The translations under genes were made by a program, and so were the position numbers. From the NCBI GenBank assembly GCA_034530615.2, contig JAVRCV020000008.1:128001-192000 (forward strand): a stretch of 64,000 bases of DNA. Reading direction: 5' to 3'. The notes beneath the pieces were generated by a model. That model was given only the letters and a program-made list of their open reading frames with translations, did not search any database and was not told the origin of the DNA. The DNA is from Aulosira sp. ZfuVER01 (GTDB lineage Bacteria > Cyanobacteriota > Cyanobacteriia > Cyanobacteriales > Nostocaceae). Positions 37,442 to 47,438 of this stretch are shown in pieces. Every line of letters starts with the position of its first letter. Position 1 is the first letter of the stretch.

Positions 37442-40441
37442 ATGACTTATATTAAGAACGCCTTTGATGAATTTCTTCGCACCGTTGAAGGTTTTGACCA
37501 ATTACCTAATGAAGAGATTGCGAATCTATCGCAACAATTACAAGCGTGGCGCTACCGCATAGGTCAAAAAATTATCGGCAAAGAAGTAATTCCAGAAAAA
37601 ATTACAATCATTTATGAAGGACAAGTACGCCTTTTAGGATACGATCCTCAAACGCAAATGCCAGTAACCTTAAAGTTGCTGCAACCAGGAGAAATCTTAG
37701 GCGAAATTGGTTTTTTACGTCAAGTTGCCTGCGAAACCGCGATCGCATCCACTGAAATAGTATGTTTAACCTTAAGTGCAGTTGAATACTTACGGCTACT
37801 CTCTGCATACCCAGCTTTTGCTAATACCCGCAAAAACCGCGCTCATATTATTGAAGTCTTTGATGTCTTGGGTTGGCAATTAGAACAGCAAGCTCTAGCT
37901 AGTGCTAATCTCAAAGAACTCTCAGAACAAGCTTTACCAGAGGCGAAAGTACATTACCTCCCTCCCGGAAGAACCCCATTCAACCAACTCGATCGTGAAA
38001 GTATTTGGTTTGTCAGTGGTAGCGGTACAGTTAAGAATTTCTCCGCAGGTTCGCGTTTAGAAGCCAGTGATGGCGGCTCAATCGAAGTTCAAGGGCCAAA
38101 TTCTGTACGCTTGATTGGTTTAGATCCATCAGACTTATACTTTCTAAATAATCAGCCAGCACAACTTGCATTAACTAACACTCAACCGCAAATTCCAGAA
38201 GCACTGAATATTCCTTACGCCACAGAGGAAGAAGTACCCCAATCAGCATCTGCATCTAAAGGTAAACAAAAACACTTAAAATATCCATTCTTCCGTGGTA
38301 GTGGAGAGATAAATTCTGCCTTTGCTTGTTTTCAAATGATCTCCAAGCACCTACAAATCCCGTTTCGCCGGGAAGTAGTGCGCCGCATCTTAACAGAGCA
38401 AATGAGAAAGCAAGGCACTGTATCATTTCAGCTTTGTGCCTACCTGTCAGAGTTAATCGGACTCAAGGCTAATTTGGTAGATATACCAGCTACCTCAATT
38501 ACACGGATTCCTACACCAGCATTGATTCGCTATGGTGATAGTCTTGCTGTTTTATATGCAGCCGATGCCAATACTGTAGTTGTGGGTGTACCATCTCAAG
38601 GCATCGTGCGCTGTAAACCAGCTGAACTGGTAGCTCGATTAGAAGTCGATGAAGGCAGTATGCCGCCTCAGGTGCGGGTATTGCTGTTATCACCCACCAA
38701 CGAAACACCTCAAGAACGCTTTGGTTTGCGGTGGTTTATTCCCTATTTGTCACGCCACCGTCGTGTATTGATAGAAGTATTTATTGCTTCATTTTTTGTG
38801 CAATTGGCAGCGTTGGCTAACCCACTGGTTATTCAGCTAATTATTGATAAAGTCATCGTTCAAAACAGTATTAGCACCCTGAATGTTTTGGGTGTGCTGC
38901 TGTTGGTAGTCGGAATATTTGAAGCAATACTAACCACATTGCGAACTTACTTATTTGTCGATACTACCAACCGCATTGATATGAGTTTGGGGTCACAAAT
39001 TATTGACCACTTACTCCGCCTACCACTACGCTATTTTGAAAAGCGACCAGTAGGTGAATTGTCAACTCGCATTAACGAATTAGAAAATATCCGGCAATTT
39101 CTCACTGGTACGGCCTTAACAGTAGGGTTAGATGCAGTATTTTCGGTGGTTTATATCATCGTCATGCTGTTTTACAGTTGGCAACTGACTTTAGTAGGTT
39201 TGGGAACAATTCCCGTCTTTGTGATTATCACTTTAATTGCTTCTCCTACTGTTAGTAGACAGTTGCGAAGCAAAGCCGAACGGAACTCCGAAACTCAATC
39301 TTATTTAGTTGAGGTAATGTCGGGGATTCAAACAGTAAAAGCGCAAAATATAGAATTGCGATCGCGCTTTTCTTGGCAAGAGCGTTATGCTCGTTATGTA
39401 GCAGCCGGTTTTAAAACCGTTGTCACTTCTACCCTAGCTAATTCCACCAGCAACTTTCTCAATAAACTCAGTAGTTTACTGGTGTTGTGGGTAGGAGCTT
39501 ATTTAGTACTCAAAGGGGAATTAACTTTAGGTGAATTAATCGCCTTTAGAATTATCTCCGGTTATGTTACTAGCCCGATATTGCGCTTGGCTCAACTCTG
39601 GCAAAGCTTCCAAGAAACAGCCTTATCCTTAGAACGGTTAAGTGATATTGTTGATACGCCAGAAGAAGCAGAAAGCAATCGTCAAAACATCCCCTTACCT
39701 GCAATTGTGGGATCTGTGAAATATGAAAATGTTTCCTTCCGCTTTGCAGCCAGTGGTCCTCTACAACTTTCCAATGTCAATGTTGAAATTCCTGCTGGTC
39801 AATTTGTTGGCATTGTCGGACAGAGTGGATCTGGTAAAAGTACGATGATGAAGCTACTGCTCAGACTTTATGAGGTCGAGTCTGGCAGGATTTTAATTGA
39901 TGGTTACGATATTGGCAAAGTAGAACTTTATTCACTGCGACGACAGATGGGTGTAGTACCGCAAGATCCGCTGTTGTTTGACGGTACAGTTCAGGAAAAC
40001 ATTGCCCTAACTAATCCTGATGCTACAACTGAAGAAATTATCGAAGCGGCTCGCATTGCCGCTGCCCACGAATTTATTATGGGACTGCCTAACGGTTACA
40101 ATACACGTGTAGGCGAACGGGGTGCAGCGCTTTCGGGTGGACAAAGACAAAGAATTGCGATCGCGCGATCGGTTTTACAAAGACCTAAGCTATTAGTTTT
40201 AGATGAAGCAACTAGTGCTCTAGATTACCCGACAGAGCGACAAGTCTGTCTTAATTTAGCTCAGGACTTTAAAGGGAGTACGGTATTTTTTATTACTCAC
40301 CGCCTTAGTACCGTTAGTCATGCAGATACAATTATCGTCATGGATAACGGCAGAATTACAGAACAAGGAAGCCATCAAGAATTAATGGCTGCTAAAGGTC
40401 ATTATTGTTACCTTTATCAGCAGCAAGAAGTTAACCTGTAA
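37442..40441 (+). CDS. Type I secretion ABC transporter (cNMP-binding + C39-like + TMD + ATPase; HlyB/HetC-like)
   Basis: N-terminal cNMP-like domain; Walker A GQSGSGKS, LSGGQRQR and LDEATSALD. Confidence 0.92.
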   Translation: MTYIKNAFDEFLRTVEGFDQLPNEEIANLSQQLQAWRYRIGQKIIGKEVIPEKITIIYEGQVRLLGYDPQTQMPVTLKLLQPGEILGEIGFLRQVACETAIASTEIVCLTLSAVEYLRLLSAYPAFANTRKNRAHIIEVFDVLGWQLEQQALASANLKELSEQALPEAKVHYLPPGRTPFNQLDRESIWFVSGSGTVKNFSAGSRLEASDGGSIEVQGPNSVRLIGLDPSDLYFLNNQPAQLALTNTQPQIPEALNIPYATEEEVPQSASASKGKQKHLKYPFFRGSGEINSAFACFQMISKHLQIPFRREVVRRILTEQMRKQGTVSFQLCAYLSELIGLKANLVDIPATSITRIPTPALIRYGDSLAVLYAADANTVVVGVPSQGIVRCKPAELVARLEVDEGSMPPQVRVLLLSPTNETPQERFGLRWFIPYLSRHRRVLIEVFIASFFVQLAALANPLVIQLIIDKVIVQNSISTLNVLGVLLLVVGIFEAILTTLRTYLFVDTTNRIDMSLGSQIIDHLLRLPLRYFEKRPVGELSTRINELENIRQFLTGTALTVGLDAVFSVVYIIVMLFYSWQLTLVGLGTIPVFVIITLIASPTVSRQLRSKAERNSETQSYLVEVMSGIQTVKAQNIELRSRFSWQERYARYVAAGFKTVVTSTLANSTSNFLNKLSSLLVLWVGAYLVLKGELTLGELIAFRIISGYVTSPILRLAQLWQSFQETALSLERLSDIVDTPEEAESNRQNIPLPAIVGSVKYENVSFRFAASGPLQLSNVNVEIPAGQFVGIVGQSGSGKSTMMKLLLRLYEVESGRILIDGYDIGKVELYSLRRQMGVVPQDPLLFDGTVQENIALTNPDATTEEIIEAARIAAAHEFIMGLPNGYNTRVGERGAALSGGQRQRIAIARSVLQRPKLLVLDEATSALDYPTERQVCLNLAQDFKGSTVFFITHRLSTVSHADTIIVMDNGRITEQGSHQELMAAKGHYCYLYQQQEVNL

Positions 40442-40536
40442 TGAGTTAGTTATTAGTTATTAAAGACCAACTTAATAACTAATAACTAATCTTTGATAAA
40501 TAATAAACAATTACTAATTCAAAATCTAAAATCCCT

Positions 40537-42120
40537 ATGACTCAACTTAATGGAAATAATTTTAATGGTAGAAATGGTAACGGGAGACATAATAACGAAG
40601 CACCTACAGATTCACGGGTAATAACATCTGCCGCAAAAACTCCTAAACAGCCTGCATTTAATTTCCAAGAGACTAACTTTGAGCAATCTGTTGTACTTCG
40701 CCAATCTCCAATTTGGTCACGCACAATCATGATATCTCTCATGGGTTTGGCCTGTTTTGGGATTGCTTGGGCTTGTTTTGCCAAAATTGAGCAAGTAGTA
40801 CCAGCAGCAGGTCAATTAAAGCCAGAGGGAACAGTTAAAGATGTTCAAGCTCCTGTTAGTGGAGTTGTCAAAGAAGTTTATGTAAAAGATGGTCAAGAAG
40901 TCAAATCTGGAGATTTACTACTGACTTTTGATTCCATCGCCACTCGTGCCGAATTAAATTCTTTAAATAAAATTCGCGCCGCCTTAATTCAAGAAAACCA
41001 AATTTATCGCCGCTTGATGGGAGCAAGCTTTGCCACAACATCTGAGTTAGAATTTTTACGGGGCAAATTACCTCAAGAAACAGCTTTTCTCCTCAAAAGT
41101 CGGGCGGGGTTAGTTTCAGAAAATGAATTGTTGCGTTCTCAATTAAAAAGATATGGTTCAGAACCTGGAATAGGTACTGATGAGCTGCAACGTCTAGAAG
41201 TCGCCCGAAAAGAATTAGATTCCCGCTCCTCAGCCGCAAGGTTGGAAGTTGAAAAAACCAGGAAACAACTTACGCAAACTCAAGTTAAAAAGCAGGATAC
41301 TCAAGCAAGTTTAGCTATCCAACAGAAGATTTTAAGTAAAATTAAGATATTAGCAGAAGAGGGTGGGATTTCTCAGCTTCAGTATCTCAATCAGCAACAA
41401 CAGGTACAAAATCTGAGTGCAGAAGTAGCACAATTATCTGAGGAAGAAAAGCGCCTCCAGTTTGATATTGAAAAAGGTCAGCAGCAGTTAACTAATACTG
41501 TAGCAGCGTCAGATAAAGATATTTTAGAAAAAATCTCTCAAAACAAACAACGCATTGCTGATATCGATAGCCAATTCATGAAAGTTATTCTGGAAAATGA
41601 ACAGCGTTTAGCAGATGTGAATAGCAAAATTTCGCAAACGCAGTTGAATGTTAAATATCAGGAACTTCGCGCTCCTGTAAGTGGAACTATTTTTGATTTG
41701 CAAGCGAAAAACCCAGGATTTGTAGCTAATCCCACTCAAAAACTTTTGCAAATTGTGCCGAATGAAAAATACATTGCAGAAGTTTTCATTACCAATAAAG
41801 ATATTGGTTTCGTCCGCAAAGATATGAAAGTTGATGTCAGAATTGATTCTTTCCCTTTCAGCGAATTTGGTGATATCAAAGGAAAAGTTATTGACATCGG
41901 TTCTGACGCATTACCTCCAGACCAAACACATCAGTTTTATCGCTTTCCAGCACGAGTTAGTTTAGATGAACAATCCTTAATGATTAACGGTAAAAAAGTT
42001 AACTTACAGTCAGGTATGTCAATCAGTGCCAATATTAAAGTTCGCGAAGAACGCTCAGTAATTAGTCTGTTTACTGAGTTGTTTACCAAGCAAGTTGAGA
42101 GTCTCAAAGAAGTACGTTAA
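40537..42120 (+). CDS. HlyD family membrane fusion protein
   Basis: N-terminal TM, long coiled coil, LRAPVSG, DSFPFSEFG and LQSGMS. Confidence 0.92.
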   Translation: MTQLNGNNFNGRNGNGRHNNEAPTDSRVITSAAKTPKQPAFNFQETNFEQSVVLRQSPIWSRTIMISLMGLACFGIAWACFAKIEQVVPAAGQLKPEGTVKDVQAPVSGVVKEVYVKDGQEVKSGDLLLTFDSIATRAELNSLNKIRAALIQENQIYRRLMGASFATTSELEFLRGKLPQETAFLLKSRAGLVSENELLRSQLKRYGSEPGIGTDELQRLEVARKELDSRSSAARLEVEKTRKQLTQTQVKKQDTQASLAIQQKILSKIKILAEEGGISQLQYLNQQQQVQNLSAEVAQLSEEEKRLQFDIEKGQQQLTNTVAASDKDILEKISQNKQRIADIDSQFMKVILENEQRLADVNSKISQTQLNVKYQELRAPVSGTIFDLQAKNPGFVANPTQKLLQIVPNEKYIAEVFITNKDIGFVRKDMKVDVRIDSFPFSEFGDIKGKVIDIGSDALPPDQTHQFYRFPARVSLDEQSLMINGKKVNLQSGMSISANIKVREERSVISLFTELFTKQVESLKEVR

Positions 42121-42243
42121 GCCATATTTCTGTATTATCTTTCTCATCATCTTTTTGCTGTTGTACATCAAAAATGTACAACAGCTTATTCTAAGGAAAT
42201 AAGCTATTTCTTATTTTTAAATTTTGAACTTTGAATTGTAACT

Positions 42244-42741
42244 ATGGTTTATCCCCAACGTATTGAACCATCTCCCGAACAAGAGTCAGTTTGGGATTAT
42301 CCCCGTCCTCCACGCCTTGAGGATACAAGCAAACATATTCAAATCATTTTCAACAGCATAAAGATTGTCGATACTCACTCTGCCAAACGAGTTTTAGAAA
42401 CTAGCCACCCACCTGTATACTATATCCCGCCTGCTGATATCAAAATGGAATACCTCTTCCTGACACCGCAATCTAGCTTCTGTGAATGGAAAGGACGTGC
42501 AGGTTATTACACTATTCGTGTTGGTGGCAAAGAAATCCAAAATGCTGGTTGGTTCTATCCCAATCCCACACAAGCCTTTGCATCTATCAAAGACTATGTA
42601 GCTTTTTACGCCCATGTTATGGATGCTTGCTACGTTGATGGAGAAAAGGTACAACCGCAACCAGGTAACTTTTACGGTGGCTGGATTACTAGCGATATAG
42701 TTGGGCCGTTTAAAGGTATTCCTGGTAGTTGGGGATGGTGA
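42244..42741 (+). CDS. DUF427 family protein
   Basis: ESVWDYPRPP, ETSHPPVYY and SFCEWKG. Confidence 0.88.
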   Translation: MVYPQRIEPSPEQESVWDYPRPPRLEDTSKHIQIIFNSIKIVDTHSAKRVLETSHPPVYYIPPADIKMEYLFLTPQSSFCEWKGRAGYYTIRVGGKEIQNAGWFYPNPTQAFASIKDYVAFYAHVMDACYVDGEKVQPQPGNFYGGWITSDIVGPFKGIPGSWGW

Positions 42742-42752
42742 TTCTCAAAAAT

Positions 42753-43136
42753 ATGCAGTCATTAAAGCCACTAGCCAAGAAACTTAAAAAAGAGACCTAT
42801 GTTATCTATTTGGCTAGTAAAGATCCTAAAGTATCTTGGTATGCAAGGTTATTAATAGCAGGTGTTGTTGCCTATGCGTTCAGTCCCATCGACCTAATTC
42901 CAGATGTTATTCCCATTCTCGGCCATCTCGACGATCTCATTATTGTACCGTTGGGAATTTGGTTAGTCCTGAAGTTGATTTCTCCATCTGTTCTAGCTGA
43001 GTGTCGTACAAAGGCTGAAGCAGAACAGTTTCACAAAAAGCCTACTAATTGGCTAGCAGCGGGTGTCATTGTGATTATTTGGTTATTTTTGGGGATTTTA
43101 GCTGTGATTTGGCTGGGACATTTCTGGCAACGATAA
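42753..43136 (+). CDS. YkvA/DUF1232 family membrane protein
   Basis: YAFSPIDLIPDVIPILGHLDD; start taken at ATG 42753. Confidence 0.88.
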   Translation: MQSLKPLAKKLKKETYVIYLASKDPKVSWYARLLIAGVVAYAFSPIDLIPDVIPILGHLDDLIIVPLGIWLVLKLISPSVLAECRTKAEAEQFHKKPTNWLAAGVIVIIWLFLGILAVIWLGHFWQR

Positions 43137-43160
43137 GCAGCTGATGTCGTTCGTTGCCAA

Positions 43161-43886
43161 TCATTCCTGTCTGTTGGTTTGATACGGCTTGATCAGCAGG
43201 CTAACTCCGGTTGCCCAAGCAACTGAGGCCATCCAGCCCGCTAGAATGTCGCTAGGATAGTGAACTCCTAGATATAGCCGCGTCCAGCCAATTGCCAACA
43301 CAAACAGACCTCCAGTAATCAGAACCAGCATTCCCCAGCGACTACCCCAAGTCAGAATCACTAATGCTGCTACTAAAGTCATGCTAGACATTGCATGACC
43401 GCTAGGGAATCCGTAGTCAAATTCTGGGGAGGGTGATTCCCAAAGATGAGGACGAACTCGATGCAAGAGTATCTTTGCTGTTCGGTTAATGAGGATGCTT
43501 CCTAGCAAGGTGGTGATGAAGTAAGCAAGTTCGCGCCATCTTCGTCGGATAAACAATACTAATGCGATCGCAGTCGCAACAGGAAACACACCCCAAAATA
43601 CACCAAATTTGGTTAATGTGGAAGCAAAAACATCTAGTTGCGGTTGCGCTGTTGAGTGAATTACTAACAAGATAGGTACATCCCAAGCAAAACCGCCTTC
43701 GTTCTCCCAAACCTCTTCTGCTAACTCCCCAAATACCTGTAGAGGTAAAAACACTCCTATCAACAACAACACCAAAGATGCACGACGGCGAACAATTAGA
43801 TGCTTCAAGAAGGTAAGGAAAGACTGGAAATATCTCCAAACAGCAGAGTTAAACATTTTGTTTTTTATCGCACTACAAGTCCTCAA
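43161..43886 (-). CDS. PAP2 family membrane phosphatase
   Basis: KILLHRVRP, FPSGHA and TRLYLGVHYPSD. Confidence 0.9.
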   Translation of the reverse strand: MRTCSAIKNKMFNSAVWRYFQSFLTFLKHLIVRRRASLVLLLIGVFLPLQVFGELAEEVWENEGGFAWDVPILLVIHSTAQPQLDVFASTLTKFGVFWGVFPVATAIALVLFIRRRWRELAYFITTLLGSILINRTAKILLHRVRPHLWESPSPEFDYGFPSGHAMSSMTLVAALVILTWGSRWGMLVLITGGLFVLAIGWTRLYLGVHYPSDILAGWMASVAWATGVSLLIKPYQTNRQE

Positions 43887-43929
43887 GGCTAAGTAGCTCT
43901 ATTCTTAATTTTAGAATTGGGAATTTCTT

Positions 43930-44472
43930 ATGAAAGTAGAAGTAGTACCTCATGATCCAACATGGCGTGTCAAATTTGAGCATGAATCCAAGCTAGTGGC
44001 GTCGGCGCTAGGAGACAATGTAATTGCTATTCATCATATTGGCAGTACCGCTATTCCTCATATCTATGCAAAGCCCATCATTGATATTTTGGTTGAGGTC
44101 AAAGATATTGCCAAGGTAGATAAGCAAAATTCTCAAATGGCAGTGTTGGGTTATAAAGCTATGGGTGAGTTTGGCTTACCAGGTCGTCGTTTCTTTCGCA
44201 AGCATGATGAAACAGGTACTAGAACGCATCACGTTCACACATTCGAGATTAACTTTTCTGGGGTACAAAGACATTTGGCGTTTCGCGATTACATGATTGC
44301 TCATCCTGAAGAAGCAAACAAATACAGTGAATTGAAACGTCAATTAGCGAAGCAGTACCCGGACGATATAAATGGATATATAGATGGGAAAGACGGATTT
44401 ATTAAGGATAGGGAAAAAAGAGCATTAGAATGGAAGCGATCGCAAAATATTAGTCTGCAACAAAATACTTAA
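43930..44472 (+). CDS. GrpB/UPF0157 family protein
   Basis: HHIGSTAIP, AKPIIDI, HLAFRDY and YIDGK. Confidence 0.9.
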   Translation: MKVEVVPHDPTWRVKFEHESKLVASALGDNVIAIHHIGSTAIPHIYAKPIIDILVEVKDIAKVDKQNSQMAVLGYKAMGEFGLPGRRFFRKHDETGTRTHHVHTFEINFSGVQRHLAFRDYMIAHPEEANKYSELKRQLAKQYPDDINGYIDGKDGFIKDREKRALEWKRSQNISLQQNT

Positions 44473-44486
44473 TTGATATTTGAACA

Positions 44487-44525
44487 CAAAAAAACACCCC
44501 CCATTTCTGGAGGGCGTTTTTTTAT
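44487..44525. terminator. Bidirectional terminator between grpB-like gene and psbA
   Basis: A run - acacccccca/tggagggcgt stem - T run between convergent genes. Confidence 0.7.
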
Positions 44526-44543
44526 TTAGCTAAGACTTCAGTA

Positions 44544-45626
44544 TTAGCCGTTGATTGCAGGAGCAGTTAACGCAACAGGAGCAACTTCACCAGCAGCCAA
44601 GTCTAAGGGGAAGTTGTGAGCATTACGCTCGTGCATAACTTCCATACCCAGGTTAGCGCGGTTGATTACATCTGCCCAAGTAGCGATAACGCGACCTTGA
44701 GAATCAATTACGGATTGGTTGAAGTTGAAACCGTTCAAGTTGAACGCCATTGTGCTGATACCCAGTGCGGTAAACCAGATACCGACAACGGGCCATGCAG
44801 CCAAGAAGAAGTGCAGAGAACGGCTGTTGTTGAAAGAAGCGTATTGGAAGATTAAGCGACCAAAGTAACCGTGAGCAGCGACGATGTTGTAGGTTTCTTC
44901 CTCTTGACCGAATTTGTAACCGTAGTTTTGTGATTCGTTCTCAGTTGTTTCGCGAACTAAGGAAGAAGTTACTAGTGAACCGTGCATTGCACTGAACAAA
45001 GAACCGCCGAATACACCAGCTACACCTAACATGTGGAAGGGGTGCATCAAGATGTTATGTTCTGCTTGGAACACAATCATGAAGTTGAAGGTTCCAGAAA
45101 TACCCAAGGGCATACCATCGGAGAAAGAACCTTGACCGATGGGGTAGATCAAGAATACTGCGGTAGCAGAAGCCAAAGGCGCAGAGTAAGCTACACAGAT
45201 CCAAGGACGCATACCCAAGCGGTAAGACAATTCCCACTGACGACCTAGGTAGCAAGCGCAACCGATCAAAAAGTGGAAAATCACCAACTGGTAAGGACCG
45301 CCGTTGTACAACCACTCATCTAAAGAAGCTGCTTCCCAGATTGGGTAGAAGTGCAAACCAATAGCGTTAGAAGAAGGAACAACTGCACCGGAGATGATGT
45401 TGTTTCCGTAGATCAAAGAACCTGCAACAGGTTCACGGATACCATCGATGTCCACAGGAGGAGCAGCGATGAAAGCAATTACGAAGCAAGCGGTAGCGGC
45501 TAGCAGGGTGGGGATCATTAATACACCGAACCAACCGATGTAAATCCGGTTTTCGGTGCTGGTGATCCACTCGCAAAACCGATCCCATACACTGGTGCCA
45601 GAGCGCCGTTGTAAGGTTGTTGTCAT
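44544..45626 (-). CDS. psbA: Photosystem II D1 protein, standard form with Q130
   Basis: Canonical 360-aa D1; [13 protein letters not shown]; Mn-cluster ligand motifs and [13 protein letters not shown] intact. Confidence 0.99.
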   Translation of the reverse strand: MTTTLQRRSGTSVWDRFCEWITSTENRIYIGWFGVLMIPTLLAATACFVIAFIAAPPVDIDGIREPVAGSLIYGNNIISGAVVPSSNAIGLHFYPIWEAASLDEWLYNGGPYQLVIFHFLIGCACYLGRQWELSYRLGMRPWICVAYSAPLASATAVFLIYPIGQGSFSDGMPLGISGTFNFMIVFQAEHNILMHPFHMLGVAGVFGGSLFSAMHGSLVTSSLVRETTENESQNYGYKFGQEEETYNIVAAHGYFGRLIFQYASFNNSRSLHFFLAAWPVVGIWFTALGISTMAFNLNGFNFNQSVIDSQGRVIATWADVINRANLGMEVMHERNAHNFPLDLAAGEVAPVALTAPAING

Positions 45627-45826
45627 TGTTTTATGAGTGCGATTATTCTAAAAAATTTATCAGGTGATTTAAGTTTCACCTAATACTTATTAACTCTACA
45701 TGAATTTAAGTTAAAAATGTTATTTATTTTTTTATTATATTTTGCAATACTCATTAACATTACTTATATGAATCAAACATCTGCCATAGGTATTGCCCAG
45801 CTTGCTTAGGCAGATGAAAGTTTTTA

Positions 45827-47326
45827 CTAAAAGTCGAAATATATATATGGCAAGCTGCCTTCAGGAGCTAATAACCACACAGCATAGAAACAAAGAGGTA
45901 CAAAGACAAGCTTGACAGGCCAGTTGAATTCTACCTTCAGCCGACTCTTGAAAGCATAGACAAGGCTCATGAGCATAGCCAAAAATATTAATCTCCCAGC
46001 AAGTTGCGACTGGCTAATGTTTAGGGCTTCTACATAAACCTTTTGTGCAAACTGAACATCAGATTGATAACCCCATAGGTGCCGAAATACTAAAGAAGAA
46101 TCTTGGAGGTTGGGTAGGCGAAACCAGATCCAAGAGGTGAAAACCATGATTTGTGTAAATAACCAAGCTAAAAATATACCTAGAGGCTTTTGCCAAAAAT
46201 GCTCTATATTCTCGTGGCGATCGCTAATCGCATCTGTAAGGCGGTGTACTATCAAAGCTAACCCGTGGTATGCGCCCCAGACGATAAAACCCCAGGCTGA
46301 ACCATGCCAAATACCAGCAATTAACATCACAATCATTAAATTCCAGCAAGTGCGGGTTAAACCTCTGCGCGAACCACCCAAAGGAAAGTAAATATAGTTA
46401 CGCAGCCAATCGCCCAAAGTCATGTGCCAGCGCCGCCAAAATTCTGCAATGCTGGTGCTGAAGTAAGGAAAGTCAAAATTCTCAGGTAAAACAAAGCCAA
46501 ATAACAGGGCAGTGCCACGGGCAATGTCTACATAACCATTGAAATCTAAATATAACTGTAAACCGTAGGCAAATGTAGCTAACCAGAGATCTGTACTACC
46601 TGCTCGTTGCAGATTACCAAAACATAAATCTACAAAAATTCCTAAATGGTCTGCTAATATACCTTTTTTAACTGTACCCCTAGCAATTAACCACAGCCCC
46701 TCAGTCGCTTGGTTGGGGCTAGGCAATTGTAATGTATTGATTTGAGTTGCTAGGTTGTGGTAGCGAGTGATTGGGCCGGAAATAAGTTTAGCAAAGAATA
46801 ATTTATAAGCTGCAAATTTTAAAAATTGTCTAGTAGCAGGCGCACCGCGATAGACATCAATTAAATAAGAAATACATTCAAATGTAAAAAATGAAATTCC
46901 CAAAGGTGCAATGAATTTAAAAGCTTCATCTTGTGATGTTGCTGTCACTGGAAAAACATTGTTTAACAACAAGGGTAGATATTTAAATCCTAATAATAGC
47001 AAAACATTTAAAATTATTCCTAGCCACAAAAGCTTGAGACGGCGAAGGTTCCAGTCAGCCTGGGAAAATAAAAACTCTTCGTTAGAAATTTGCCCGTCAA
47101 GAGAGTTTTTTCCAGATAAACTGTTTTTGCCTATCTCCAATCCCAAGCGAAAGTTAATAAAAGTAAGTGCTAATAATAGAGGTATGTACTGCACATTTAA
47201 AGATGCATAGAATATCAGACTGGCAATCAACAGTGTCCACAAACGTAACTTTTGTTCTGACAAAGACCAGTAAATTCCTAGCACACTCAACAAGAATAGC
47301 CCGTAGAAAATTGATATAAAGTTCAT
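45827..47326 (-). CDS. MBOAT family O-acyltransferase (AlgI/DltB-like)
   Basis: PLGISFFTF, FWRRWHMTL, YIYFPLGG and GIWHG. Confidence 0.92.
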   Translation of the reverse strand: MNFISIFYGLFLLSVLGIYWSLSEQKLRLWTLLIASLIFYASLNVQYIPLLLALTFINFRLGLEIGKNSLSGKNSLDGQISNEEFLFSQADWNLRRLKLLWLGIILNVLLLLGFKYLPLLLNNVFPVTATSQDEAFKFIAPLGISFFTFECISYLIDVYRGAPATRQFLKFAAYKLFFAKLISGPITRYHNLATQINTLQLPSPNQATEGLWLIARGTVKKGILADHLGIFVDLCFGNLQRAGSTDLWLATFAYGLQLYLDFNGYVDIARGTALLFGFVLPENFDFPYFSTSIAEFWRRWHMTLGDWLRNYIYFPLGGSRRGLTRTCWNLMIVMLIAGIWHGSAWGFIVWGAYHGLALIVHRLTDAISDRHENIEHFWQKPLGIFLAWLFTQIMVFTSWIWFRLPNLQDSSLVFRHLWGYQSDVQFAQKVYVEALNISQSQLAGRLIFLAMLMSLVYAFKSRLKVEFNWPVKLVFVPLCFYAVWLLAPEGSLPYIYFDF

Positions 47327-47438
47327 TTTTTAGTCATTAGTCATTAGTCAAGGGTCAATAGGGAATAGGTGATAAATTTCTTAATGTTGAAGTTTGAAGT
47401 TTGAATTGTTTCTCTCCCTTCTCTCCTTACTCATCTCC

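Noticed and set aside
44544..45626. psbA as a rogue, far-red or microaerobic D1
   Set aside because: Ligand motifs and C-terminus are canonical; it is an ordinary Q130 D1.
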